Part shown: in pieces, positions 16,618 through 25,722 of the stretch
Position numbering within the stretch: the stretch's first letter is position 1
Layout of the letters: each line of letters opens with the position of its first letter
Source of the DNA: Zestosphaera tikiterensis
GTDB lineage: Archaea; Thermoproteota; Thermoprotei_A; Sulfolobales; NBVN01
NCBI GenBank assembly: GCA_003056265.1
Contig: NBVN01000002.1
Location: forward strand, 210,001-242,000
Length of the DNA stretch: 32,000 bases
Reading direction: 5' to 3'
The notes under the pieces: generated by a model
Database searches by the model: none
What the model was told of the DNA's origin: nothing
The model's input: the letters and a program-made list of their open reading frames with translations, nothing else
Made by a program: the position numbers and the translations under genes

Positions 16618-16950
16618 TCATTCACTACGTCTTACTCTAAGCCCGAACTTCTTAAACGTGGTGGCTACCTCATTACTTACTGCTACTAAAGAGCGTGGAT
16701 TTACAGATTCTATCTCGACCTTTATTGAAGGCGGTATTTGAGTCGCTACAGCAAGACGTTCGAGGCTTTGCTGAAGCGGTAGAACCTTAATTAAAGTATC
16801 GTCGGAAGCACATACATACATATGCTCCTCATCGCTACACACCCTCCCCTCCTTAACGTTTAATTCTTTGAAATACGTTAACGCTTCAAAAAGTTGTTGA
16901 AACGCTTCAACACGCGCTTCGATTATTAACGCCGTCTTGAAGTGATTCAT
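16618..16950 (-). CDS. Hypothetical 110-aa protein translationally coupled to threonine dehydratase
   Basis: Its ATG overlaps the ilvA stop (TAATG at 16948-16952). No family recognised. Confidence 0.5.
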   Translation of the reverse strand: MNHFKTALIIEARVEAFQQLFEALTYFKELNVKEGRVCSDEEHMYVCASDDTLIKVLPLQQSLERLAVATQIPPSIKVEIESVNPRSLVAVSNEVATTFKKFGLRVRRSE

Positions 16951-18167
16951 TACGTAATCACCTTAATCCCTGACTCAAGCAGTTTTTTAACTAGTTCTTG
17001 ATATACGTTTCTATCCGGTAACTCCATTAATACCTTAACGCGTGCGTACCCAGGCTCCACATCTAAGTCCAGCCTTTCATGCATGACATCCAGTATGTTA
17101 CATCTAAACTCCGCTATGATTTTTAAAGCTCTTTCTAAACTACCTGGCACATCACGTAAGTTCATAACAACCTTAGCTATTCTTCCATCGATCATAAGAC
17201 CTCTTAATATAACTCTGTAAAGCACGGTTAAATCGGCGTTTCCACCGCTTAACACCGCAACTACGTTCTTACCTGGTATCTCGTCTTTATATCTTAGCAA
17301 AGCCGCTATAGGTAGAGCTCCAGCACCTTCAACAAGCAATTTAGTTCTTTCAAGCAATAAATACATAGCCCTAGCTATGGAGTCTTCATCCACCTCTAAA
17401 ACATCATCCACGAAATCTCTTATTACTTTAAAGGTTATGGATCCCAACCCCTTAGTTAATACGCCGTCTGCTATAGAAGTATTTGGAGATATTCTTACAG
17501 GGCTTCCTTTAATTAAGGATTCCTTAGTTTTGCTGGCGGTTTTAGGCTCAACCCCCACAACCTTAACCTTGTTGCCTAACCTCTTCTTAAGTGCTAACGC
17601 TATACCCGATATTAAACCTCCACCGCCTATAGGCACCAACACAGTATCCACTTCAGGCAGTTGCTCGGAGATTTCCAACCCTATAGTTCCCTGACCAGCT
17701 ATCACGTAAGGATCGTCAAAAGGATGTATTAAGTAAGCGCCTGTAGATTCGCTTATCTCTAATGCTTTCACGTAAGCGTCGTCATAAACACGTCCGTATA
17801 AGATAACTTCACTACCGTATGATTTAACTGCGTTGACTTTATATGGTGGGGCTGTTTCAGGCATAACTATAGTTGATTTAATACCTAACTCCCTAGCTGA
17901 GTAAGCAACTCCTTGCGCATGATTACCTGAAGAGGCCGTCACAACACCTTTAACCTTCACGTCAGGAAGTAAGGAATATATTTTAAAGTACGCCCCTCTA
18001 ACTTTAAATGATCCGGTCTTCTGTAGATTTTCAAGCTTTAGGTAAACGGTCTTACCTGTTATGTTGGAAAAGAACGTTGAATGAGTTAATGGAGTCTCAT
18101 GAGCCACTGATTTAATTACGTCCCTTGCTTTTAACATTAGATTATACATCATCTCGTATTCTGACAT
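16950..18167 (-). CDS. ilvA: Threonine ammonia-lyase (threonine dehydratase) with a C-terminal ACT-like regulatory domain
   Basis: 405 aa. Motifs: PLP lysine motif GSFKVRGA, SSGNHAQG, glycine loop PIGGGGLISG. The C-terminal ~75 aa are ACT-like (VMNLRDVPGSLERALKIIAEFRCNILDV). Confidence 0.9.
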   Translation of the reverse strand: MSEYEMMYNLMLKARDVIKSVAHETPLTHSTFFSNITGKTVYLKLENLQKTGSFKVRGAYFKIYSLLPDVKVKGVVTASSGNHAQGVAYSARELGIKSTIVMPETAPPYKVNAVKSYGSEVILYGRVYDDAYVKALEISESTGAYLIHPFDDPYVIAGQGTIGLEISEQLPEVDTVLVPIGGGGLISGIALALKKRLGNKVKVVGVEPKTASKTKESLIKGSPVRISPNTSIADGVLTKGLGSITFKVIRDFVDDVLEVDEDSIARAMYLLLERTKLLVEGAGALPIAALLRYKDEIPGKNVVAVLSGGNADLTVLYRVILRGLMIDGRIAKVVMNLRDVPGSLERALKIIAEFRCNILDVMHERLDLDVEPGYARVKVLMELPDRNVYQELVKKLLESGIKVIT

Positions 18168-18253
18168 GGCGCAACCACTAATAAAACGTTCTTAAGAGTT
18201 AAAACCTTTAATTAAGTCAATTTATTAAACAGAAACCTTAACTCACAGGTGAT

Positions 18254-18727
18254 CTAATCAGTGGAGGAAATTACTTCAAACTCTTTACTGATTCCCTTCT
18301 TTATATATGATTTAAAGACATACCTAACGTTTAAATCTAAGATGTCCCCTAACGAGGATATTTTATCTATAACCGCAGAGAGTTCTTCGTTATTCCTAGC
18401 TATTACCTTAACAAGCAGTGAGTAGTTACCGCTTACTTCATAAAGCTCCAACACGTTAGGTATTTTAATTAACTCATTAACTACATATTTAACACTTCTA
18501 GGTATTGGTTTAAGCTCAATAAAAACTTCAGCACCAAAGCCTAGCATGTTGTAATCAACATCTACGGTAAACCCTTTAAGAACGCCTTGATCGAAAAGCT
18601 TCTTAACACGTAAGTAAACCGTGGATTCACCAACACCTAACTCCCTCGCTATCTGAGCAAACGACTTCCTCGAATTTTCAGAAAGTTTAAGTAATATCTT
18701 AAGATCCAGCAAATCCAAACTACCCAC
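18254..18727 (-). CDS. Lrp/AsnC-family transcriptional regulator
   Basis: 157 aa. HTH LDLKILLKLSENSRKSFAQIARELGVGESTVYLRVKKL plus a RAM domain. Confidence 0.9.
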   Translation of the reverse strand: MGSLDLLDLKILLKLSENSRKSFAQIARELGVGESTVYLRVKKLFDQGVLKGFTVDVDYNMLGFGAEVFIELKPIPRSVKYVVNELIKIPNVLELYEVSGNYSLLVKVIARNNEELSAVIDKISSLGDILDLNVRYVFKSYIKKGISKEFEVISSTD

Positions 18728-18829
18728 CTTTTAAAACTACTTAAATTGAAAATTAAACATGGAGTTTTATGAATGTAATGATAAGATAGAGTTCGTATTT
18801 AAGCCATTACTTCGTTAAACATTTATGAA

Positions 18830-19717
18830 CTACTTCTTCAATTTCTTGATTAAGTGATCAACTATCTTAGGAGCTGGGTTAAGCCCCGTCCCAGCTAGAA
18901 AGCCTTGCCAGTTAGGCATAGCATTGACTTCGTAAACTACATACCCATCAGCAGACTCCCCAACATCAACGCCGGCGTAGTCTAGGTTTAAAGCTTTAGT
19001 TGCTTTAAGTGAGAGCTCCTCTAGCTCACTATCTACGTGAGCTTTTTCAACTTTCCCACCTTGGGATACGTTAGTTTTCCAGGTATGTTGGGGTCTATAC
19101 CTGTATATAGCGCCTAAAACCTCATCACCTACGACGAAAACTCTTATGTCTCTGTCGTAGCTTCTAACATACCTCTGAACTAGGAGGGGTTGACCATGTT
19201 CTAACCATGTTTTCCCTATGATATACGCTATATCGGGGTCTGTAACTAATAAGGATCCGTACCCCATACTACCTATGATCGGTTTGATGACGGCTTTCCC
19301 CCAACTCCTCACAATCTCTGACAGTGTGTAAACATCCTCTGTTAAGAGTGATTCGGGAACCCTAACTCCAACTTTAGTTAAGAGCTGTATAGCTCTAAAC
19401 TTATCTCTAGCATTCATTAAGCCTTGAGTTGAGTTAACTAACAACACGTTGTTTAATTCGAGCTGAACTAACGTGTTAAGACGTTTAAGTAAGGTCTCCA
19501 TAGAGGTTACGTTGCCTATGCCTCTTAATAGGGCACCGTCCAACTCCAGAACGTTTTCACGGCCGTAGAGAATCTTCGAAGCTCCATTAACAATCTTCGA
19601 GTTTAGTCTGGAGATCCTGATGTAAGAGGTTGTAATGCCTCTCCTAAGAAGCTCTACTAACAAATCCTTAGCTGTTTGAGGTGGTATTGGAGCGTCATGA
19701 ATTACCGCTACCTTCAT
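18830..19717 (-). CDS. RimK/LysX-family ATP-grasp ligase
   Basis: 295 aa. ATP-grasp features: NARDKFRAIQLL, VIKPIIGSMGYG, RDIRVFVVGDEV, YAGVDV...VYEVNAMP. Confidence 0.85.
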   Translation of the reverse strand: MKVAVIHDAPIPPQTAKDLLVELLRRGITTSYIRISRLNSKIVNGASKILYGRENVLELDGALLRGIGNVTSMETLLKRLNTLVQLELNNVLLVNSTQGLMNARDKFRAIQLLTKVGVRVPESLLTEDVYTLSEIVRSWGKAVIKPIIGSMGYGSLLVTDPDIAYIIGKTWLEHGQPLLVQRYVRSYDRDIRVFVVGDEVLGAIYRYRPQHTWKTNVSQGGKVEKAHVDSELEELSLKATKALNLDYAGVDVGESADGYVVYEVNAMPNWQGFLAGTGLNPAPKIVDHLIKKLKK

Positions 19718-19795
19718 ATTATTCTTCCTCTCAGTCTTTTAGTGTTATCCATAAATTTAAGTTACTTTATAGCTTTGATATTGAGTGAGTTCACG

Positions 19796-20782
19796 ATGAT
19801 GGAGGTTTGGGTATGGGCAGCGTTTTGTGGATTGCTAACTCCCCTCGCTACTTACGCTTTAATTAAGCTTGAACGTAAGGTTGGATTCCTCGCACCAGAC
19901 GTTCATAAACCCAACAAGCCTTTAATTCCTAGAACTTCAGGACCCGCTTTCTTAATTTCGACTTCCCTACTATTATTAACTGGTTATTTCTTCAATAATC
20001 CATACATAGTTATGCATTCACTAGCTTCTATAACAGCTGGTTTATTAGGACTTTACGACGACTTAAGAGGCTTAAACGCGTTTATGAAGGTTGCTTTATT
20101 TACTGTTCCAGGCTTAATAATCGCTTTAGGCGGTGTTTTCGACCCACATCCCTACATACCAGTAGTGGGTGGGGTTAGAATAACCATACTCTACCCTTTA
20201 CTGTTAATAGTTGCCTACACAGTAATCACGAACGCGTATAACATGATCGACACACATAACGGCATAACGCCGTTCGTAGCTTTAATAACCGCTATAGCTT
20301 TGCTAATATCTACGAATATGAACGGACCTTCGCCGTTACCGGGCGGGTTATCAATAACAGCTTTCGTAATCATTGCGTTACTTACATACCTACCTTTCAA
20401 TTTATATCCAGCTAAGATATTCAATGGAAATACTATGTCATTCATGATCGGCTCTTTAATAGCTTCCCAAGCTATACTTCTAAGGAGGGAATTCCTACTT
20501 ATAATGCTATCAGCACCGTTAATACTTAATGGATTCGGCATAATCTCAAGCATTAAAGGATTTAAAAATAAGGAAGCCATCCCTAGGCCTGTAACTTTAA
20601 CAAGCGAATTTAAGTTAAAGCCTTCAAAGAACGTTAACGCACCAATCACTCTTGTTCAGCTCCTAACCCTTAGTAAACCGTTAAGTGAGAAAGAACTCAT
20701 CATAGCCTACTACGCCTTAATTGTTATTAATGCCGTAACTTCTTTAGCGTTGTATCAGGTCTTAAGTTCACTACATATATGA
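19796..20782 (+). CDS. Glycosyltransferase family 4 polyprenyl-phosphate HexNAc-1-phosphate transferase (AglH/WecA-like)
   Basis: About 10 TM segments and the motif NAYNMIDTHNGI (NxxNxxDGxDG-like). The track ORF starts at TTG 19676, but that overlaps the divergent RimK gene by 42 nt. I prefer the in-frame ATG-ATG at 19796/19799. Confidence 0.8.
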   Translation: MMEVWVWAAFCGLLTPLATYALIKLERKVGFLAPDVHKPNKPLIPRTSGPAFLISTSLLLLTGYFFNNPYIVMHSLASITAGLLGLYDDLRGLNAFMKVALFTVPGLIIALGGVFDPHPYIPVVGGVRITILYPLLLIVAYTVITNAYNMIDTHNGITPFVALITAIALLISTNMNGPSPLPGGLSITAFVIIALLTYLPFNLYPAKIFNGNTMSFMIGSLIASQAILLRREFLLIMLSAPLILNGFGIISSIKGFKNKEAIPRPVTLTSEFKLKPSKNVNAPITLVQLLTLSKPLSEKELIIAYYALIVINAVTSLALYQVLSSLHI

Positions 20783-20816
20783 TGAGATATGGCTACCAAG
20801 CAGTGATTTCAACCCG

Positions 20817-21689
20817 TTAAAGATTAACTTCAATTAATAGTTCATCGACAATGTCCCTATATCTGTTTCTTAGAGTTACTTCGGTTACCTCAAGCTTTTC
20901 TGAGATTTCCGTTTGCGTTTTCTTTATGTTGAGTAAAACCGAAGCCACATATAATGAGGCGGCGGCAACCCCCTTAGGCCCCTTACCTGATGTAATGCCT
21001 TCCTTCTTAGCCGTTAAAGCTAGTTTAAAGGCTAGCATTTTAGCTGGTGGCGGCGTGTTTATTTTATGAGCGAATTGCTCTACATACTTTAAGGGATCTA
21101 CTACACCCGTTTTTATTTGTTCCCCCGAATCTCTACTTATCTTAAGGCGTGCTTTCCATACGTCTTGAGCCGTTACTTGACAATGTTCGAGTACGACCCT
21201 ACTGTCTACAGGCATGTTTAAATTCTTTAACGTTGTTATAAGAACAGCGGCAACCATCGCCCTTAAGTTCTTCCTTTTTATCACACCTCTCTTATATAGC
21301 CTACGGATAATATTACCAGCTACATTCTTCAAATCGTCTTTATTAGGTACGTCAAGTTTATTAACGGTTTCATTCATAAGCTTTAAAGCTTGAACAACCC
21401 TCTTCTCTTTAGAGCCTATTCTAAGCTTTTGATTGAGGCTCTTCAACTTACGTCCGTACACGGATCTAGCCTCTATCTCCGTGTGAAGTCCTAAGTCATG
21501 AACCTTACTAGTTATTGGTGTGCCTCCCCTAACCCTACTTTCGATGTCGTTAACTTCAGGAAAACGCCATTCAGGTGTTAAAACAGGCTCCCTCTCCTCT
21601 AGGACTTCCCCTGTCTCTACACATATGTACTCACCGCGAAACTCGTCGTATATGATGGACTCCGCTGGGCATTCAACCACGACAATCAC
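20817..21689 (-). CDS. tfb: Transcription initiation factor TFB
   Basis: 290 aa. The N-terminus reads ECPAESIIYDEFRGEYICVETGEVLEE...TPEWRF (ribbon/B-reader region), followed by two cyclin-fold repeats. Confidence 0.9.
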   Translation of the reverse strand: MIVVVECPAESIIYDEFRGEYICVETGEVLEEREPVLTPEWRFPEVNDIESRVRGGTPITSKVHDLGLHTEIEARSVYGRKLKSLNQKLRIGSKEKRVVQALKLMNETVNKLDVPNKDDLKNVAGNIIRRLYKRGVIKRKNLRAMVAAVLITTLKNLNMPVDSRVVLEHCQVTAQDVWKARLKISRDSGEQIKTGVVDPLKYVEQFAHKINTPPPAKMLAFKLALTAKKEGITSGKGPKGVAAASLYVASVLLNIKKTQTEISEKLEVTEVTLRNRYRDIVDELLIEVNL

Positions 21690-21916
21690 CTTCTCAGGAA
21701 TACCTCCTCATATTGATTTACTTGAACTTCCGCACCTACAGGTTTAACCACAGCAAAAGGCGACCTTACAGGACCTATGATATCACATACAAACCCTATT
21801 ACCTCACCTTTACTATTTAACACTTTACTCCCTAACCTAGGTATGTTAGTAGTGCTTAACTTAACGAGTAACTTACCTGAAGGAACTCTATGAAGGAAGT
21901 ACCCTATCTTAATCAA
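21686..21916 (-). CDS. gar1: H/ACA RNP component Gar1
   Basis: 76 aa. GKLLVKL...IPRLGSKVLNSKGEVIGFVCDIIGPVRSPFAVVKP is the Gar1 beta-barrel. It overlaps tfb by 4 nt, a gene pair conserved in archaea. Confidence 0.8.
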   Translation of the reverse strand: MIKIGYFLHRVPSGKLLVKLSTTNIPRLGSKVLNSKGEVIGFVCDIIGPVRSPFAVVKPVGAEVQVNQYEEVFLRR

Positions 21917-22020
21917 GATTAACGCACCATTTCTATAATTAACTCTATTCCCGATTTTATAAAGTGGAATCCATATACTACGTTACCAAACGATCTTAGG
22001 ATACGGCACTGTATTTAATA

Positions 22021-22341
22021 CTACAACGTATGTACGTCTACGTTATTACCACGACTTAATTCTTTAAGCTTTAGAGCTAACTTCTTCAACACACGGTTTT
22101 TACCTTCACTTTCATTATTAACCTCAACGATTACTTTAAAGCCGTAACCCATAAACCACGTCCTAGGGTATTTAGACTCCTCAACTCGACAAACCCATCC
22201 AAGCTCTCTACAAGCTTTTTCAAACATCTCAGGAGTTACCTTCGCAACGCTTAAATTTTTAGGAACCCTTCTGCCTTTCCTCCTAGTTAATTCACCAGCG
22301 AAGTACTCAGGCCATATGACGTATGTAGGCATACACACCAC
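22021..22341 (-). CDS. srp19: Signal recognition particle protein SRP19
   Basis: 106 aa. Motifs: VIWPEYFAGELTRRKGRRVPKNL and KYPRTWF. Confidence 0.85.
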   Translation of the reverse strand: MVCMPTYVIWPEYFAGELTRRKGRRVPKNLSVAKVTPEMFEKACRELGWVCRVEESKYPRTWFMGYGFKVIVEVNNESEGKNRVLKKLALKLKELSRGNNVDVHTL

Positions 22342-22481
22342 ATCCGCGAAGGCTACTACATCGTACCTATTAAATAAAACATCAAAGCTTTAAAACAAGT
22401 ATTCACTCACAACAATATAATCGCTTGAAACAGTACATGATTAACATTTTATTTACCTTCGTTGAATTAGGGTAAGCATAA

Positions 22482-22856
22482 ATGCGTGTGTTTAAAGTCA
22501 AAGGAATTAGTGAGTTAACTATCGACTTACTCTTTATGATGTTAATGCTATCTATCTCCAGCGTAGTTTTCTACTCCTTAACTTACATCTACGGTAAAGA
22601 ACTTCAAGAAGACACGCCTGAATACTTCCGCATAAGCACAGAAGTTCGGGTGGTTAAGCTAATTGGGAAAGAATTTAAATTAGCTGTGATTTGGTCTACT
22701 GACGACAAGTTACATACTGTAGAAATTATTTGTGGAGGCGTAACCCGTGTAGTTCAATTAAGACCTTATGACGTCGTCATAGAAAGGATCGGTGACGACA
22801 TAACCCTCTTTTTTGCTGACGGTACGTTAGTACCTATTGAGGAGGTGTTTCTATGA
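22482..22856 (+). CDS. Small protein with an archaeal class III (type IV pilin-like) signal peptide; a candidate pilin
   Basis: 124 aa. MRVFKVKG|ISELTIDLLFMMLMLSISSVVFY has a basic N-terminus and a K-G cleavage context, then a hydrophobic helix followed by ~90 aa of beta-rich sequence. Confidence 0.55.
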   Translation: MRVFKVKGISELTIDLLFMMLMLSISSVVFYSLTYIYGKELQEDTPEYFRISTEVRVVKLIGKEFKLAVIWSTDDKLHTVEIICGGVTRVVQLRPYDVVIERIGDDITLFFADGTLVPIEEVFL

Positions 22857-24925
22857 ATAACAAAGCTTCAGGATCAACAATCTTAGGCGTGATACTCTTC
22901 GCATTAATATTACTTACGTCTTTTTCATATATAGCAATATACTCACGAACGTCAACCCAGGAAAGTAGGGAGGCGTTGATGGATGAATATAAGCTGTTGA
23001 AGAAATCGTTAAATACCATCGTGTTTTTTACGTTAAGTGAGGAAGGGCTTTACATAAACGTGAATAAACCACCTCTAAAGTTAGTTGAAGTCGTCGCCTT
23101 AAAAAACGATGGAACCACAACGTATTTGAATAAGAGGGCTTTAATCAACACTACTAGATATCTCTTAATAGACGATACGTCTTTAAAGAACATATTAGCG
23201 TCTTTTGATAAACTCCTTATTTTAACTGATGTGGATTCGTATATGTTGAGTAAAGAATACATAGAGTCTTTAAACAAACCTTCAAACGTTAAGGGAATGG
23301 AATTTAATGAGATAACTTCATATTCGGCGTTGAGACCTTATGTAATCATCGGTGCTTTAAAAACACAACGAGAAACTTTCCTCGTAAATCCAGTCCCCGG
23401 CTCTTTATCAGATACGGAAGCTACTTACGTACCTATAGCTGTAGTTGAGCTTAATAAGAGCGTAGTAAACGTAATTAAGTCTTCTACTAATGGATGGTTT
23501 ATAGGTTATTACGGGAGGGGAGATCCCTCACCAGGTACGGGAGTTGGGGATCCTACATATGTTATGGGATGGCTTAAATATGAGTATCAACCAGCGTTTA
23601 AAATTAACGCAACCCATTGGATTGAACAACGTTATTCATCAGGTCTTTACCCTGTAAACTACTACTACTGGTATGTCGGGACTGCCGGAATTTACTTAGT
23701 TCCTGTTATAATCAGCCCTAACACTACCTCCTTAATAAACTTTTATTTCTCCATTAGCAGGTTGTCAGGCCCTACACTCTACGTTAAACCAGTAGTCTTT
23801 ACGATCACTCTGGAGTCTTTCTTAAGGTCTAAAATCCCAGTTAAAATCTCTGATGTTATGACAGAGCCTACGTTAAGTTATAATGTAGCGTTGGCATATT
23901 ACACATGGTTTGGCTCAACATACGTTATAGATACGCGATCACAATCAACAACGTTTACAGTTACAGCAAACCCGCAAACAATCTATACGCACTTCCCAAG
24001 CTATAAAGGTTTTTTAGCGATTTTAATAGGTTTTACCTTTGTTTGCGGTAATGTAAACGCTTATAATCACGTAGGCGATCCAACAATATTTAGCGTGCTT
24101 AACATACCATTAGGTATTACGGTAGATTTAAATGAGGCAAATCTAGATTTAATTCTAGGTTTGACTTCTACTAACATATATCCGTCAATTCAAGGACTAT
24201 CGACTTATAAACTATTTAATCTAAACAACAACCCGAGATATTTAGGCGTTATTAACGTCTCAGGCATGAACTCATTTAAAATAACTTACACCTTAGGCAC
24301 CACGACATCATTATCGAATTATACGTTAACAACTCTATACGATAGCAATCCCGTCAACTCATATAAAACACAAAACGTTCGAGAAGTTAGTTCTTTCAAC
24401 GGTACGTACGCGTTATATGACGCGCAGAATCTACGTATATATAGTAAAAACTTCTACGTTAACGCGTGGGCTAGTTACGGCGGTGGTAGTAATAATCCAA
24501 ATCAATGGTGGTCAGTCGAATTAACTTCACTAGATCCAGATACAAGCATATATCTATATGTAGAACTTAGGGACAGTGCGGGTTTCCTTATGACTACCAA
24601 GGCTTACGTCCTAGACGGTGGTGGATCTATTAGCGATACCTACGTATACTCAGGTTTAAACTTTGCCTATTACTACTACATTCAGTTGAGTTTTGACTCA
24701 ACAAACAAGAAACTTATTCTTAGAGGTGGTGTTTACACATCATCGGGTTATGCTTACGGCGATTTTCGATACTACGTATACTTAGGTAAGAAATTCACTA
24801 AGCTTTCAGACAACGGTTTATTCATAACTTATTCCTATATCGCTAAAAACTTTAAAGTTGCTATCATAGATTTAAACGTTGTTAATGTAGCATCAGTTAA
24901 ACCCAATTCTTTTGTTATAACTTAA
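22853..24925 (+). CDS. Large secreted or surface-anchored Tyr/Asn/Thr-rich protein with an N-terminal pilin-like or signal-anchor helix; no domain recognised
   Basis: 690 aa. Its ATG overlaps the upstream stop (ATGA), and a GAGGAGGTG Shine-Dalgarno sits at 22839-22847. The N-terminus is MNNKASGSTILGVILFALILLTSFSYIAIY. There are at least 7 N-x-S/T sequons and aromatic runs (NYYYWY, AYYYYIQ). Confidence 0.7.
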   Translation: MNNKASGSTILGVILFALILLTSFSYIAIYSRTSTQESREALMDEYKLLKKSLNTIVFFTLSEEGLYINVNKPPLKLVEVVALKNDGTTTYLNKRALINTTRYLLIDDTSLKNILASFDKLLILTDVDSYMLSKEYIESLNKPSNVKGMEFNEITSYSALRPYVIIGALKTQRETFLVNPVPGSLSDTEATYVPIAVVELNKSVVNVIKSSTNGWFIGYYGRGDPSPGTGVGDPTYVMGWLKYEYQPAFKINATHWIEQRYSSGLYPVNYYYWYVGTAGIYLVPVIISPNTTSLINFYFSISRLSGPTLYVKPVVFTITLESFLRSKIPVKISDVMTEPTLSYNVALAYYTWFGSTYVIDTRSQSTTFTVTANPQTIYTHFPSYKGFLAILIGFTFVCGNVNAYNHVGDPTIFSVLNIPLGITVDLNEANLDLILGLTSTNIYPSIQGLSTYKLFNLNNNPRYLGVINVSGMNSFKITYTLGTTTSLSNYTLTTLYDSNPVNSYKTQNVREVSSFNGTYALYDAQNLRIYSKNFYVNAWASYGGGSNNPNQWWSVELTSLDPDTSIYLYVELRDSAGFLMTTKAYVLDGGGSISDTYVYSGLNFAYYYYIQLSFDSTNKKLILRGGVYTSSGYAYGDFRYYVYLGKKFTKLSDNGLFITYSYIAKNFKVAIIDLNVVNVASVKPNSFVIT

Positions 24926-25151
24926 GGGATTATCAAGGAACTCCTCTAACGTTTATAAGTCATTATTTAAAAGAATAATTAGTGATGTAGCTTTGCGTGA
25001 AATAATATTCAAACAGTTACGGCTTGCTGACACGCCCAGACATTCAACCCAGACCTCAACCTTAAGAGACTTTATCAACTTATACACTTTACTTACATAC
25101 GAAGAAACTCTTACCTGCTTTACATCATTATGGAAACGTAGGTGTTGTTAA

Positions 25152-25718
25152 ATGTCTGTAAAAAAACGATTTATACCTGTCTCAGAAGACATCGTTTTTG
25201 AATTGGGTAGGATCGCTGAACGTGTAGGCATACCTATACCTGAACTTACTGAAAGAATCTTGAAAGAGATAACGAGAGCCTTCAAATATAGAGGTGATAT
25301 ACTGAAGATGTTAGTTAACGTTGACGCTGTGGAGGATTTACGGCGTTTAGGGTGTGTTGTACTTCCGTCAAATGTAACGTTTGAAGTTGTTGACAACTTA
25401 GATGAAAACGCTTTCAACCGCGTTGTTGAAGAGCTTAAGAGATCTGCTGCTTGGTATGGTGAGTTAGCTAAGGTGAAAAGAGGTAAGGATGTAGATGAGT
25501 TCGTTAGGGTTTTAAGTTTATGGTTGCCAATAGCTAACATCGACGTTGTTGAGTTAGGTGACGGTAGGTTTAAAGTAGTGGTTTCGATATTTAGCCGATC
25601 TAATAGACTATCTAAAATAGCTGAGGTTATCGTGCGTGAATTGCTTAAAGCGTTAGAATATAACGTAATAGATTTTGAGTCTAGAGATGGGGTAATAGTC
25701 ACAACGTTGGAGGAATAA
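25152..25718 (+). CDS. Ribbon-helix-helix (CopG/Arc-like) N-terminal domain protein with a ~140-aa C-terminal domain, paralogue A
   Basis: 188 aa. RFIPVSEDIVFELGRIAERVGIPIPELTERILKEI fits beta-strand / helix / G-x-x turn / helix. A TAGGTG Shine-Dalgarno is present. The long antisense ORF on the minus strand is Ser/Thr/Leu-rich and looks spurious. Confidence 0.6.
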   Translation: MSVKKRFIPVSEDIVFELGRIAERVGIPIPELTERILKEITRAFKYRGDILKMLVNVDAVEDLRRLGCVVLPSNVTFEVVDNLDENAFNRVVEELKRSAAWYGELAKVKRGKDVDEFVRVLSLWLPIANIDVVELGDGRFKVVVSIFSRSNRLSKIAEVIVRELLKALEYNVIDFESRDGVIVTTLEE

Positions 25719-25722
25719 AGTC

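Noticed and set aside
19676-19795. The N-terminal 40 codons of the GT4 transferase as given by the track (TTG start at 19676).
   Set aside because: This start would overlap the 5' end of the divergent RimK-family gene by 42 nt and leave no promoter space. The in-frame ATG-ATG at 19796 immediately precedes the first TM helix.
20817-21689. The TFB N-terminal zinc ribbon retains only two of the four Cys (ECPAE...ICVETG).
   Set aside because: To my recollection Sulfolobus TFB1 has a very similar degenerate ribbon (CPPDK...ICSETG). This therefore looks like a lineage trait of crenarchaeal TFB rather than a novel paralogue.
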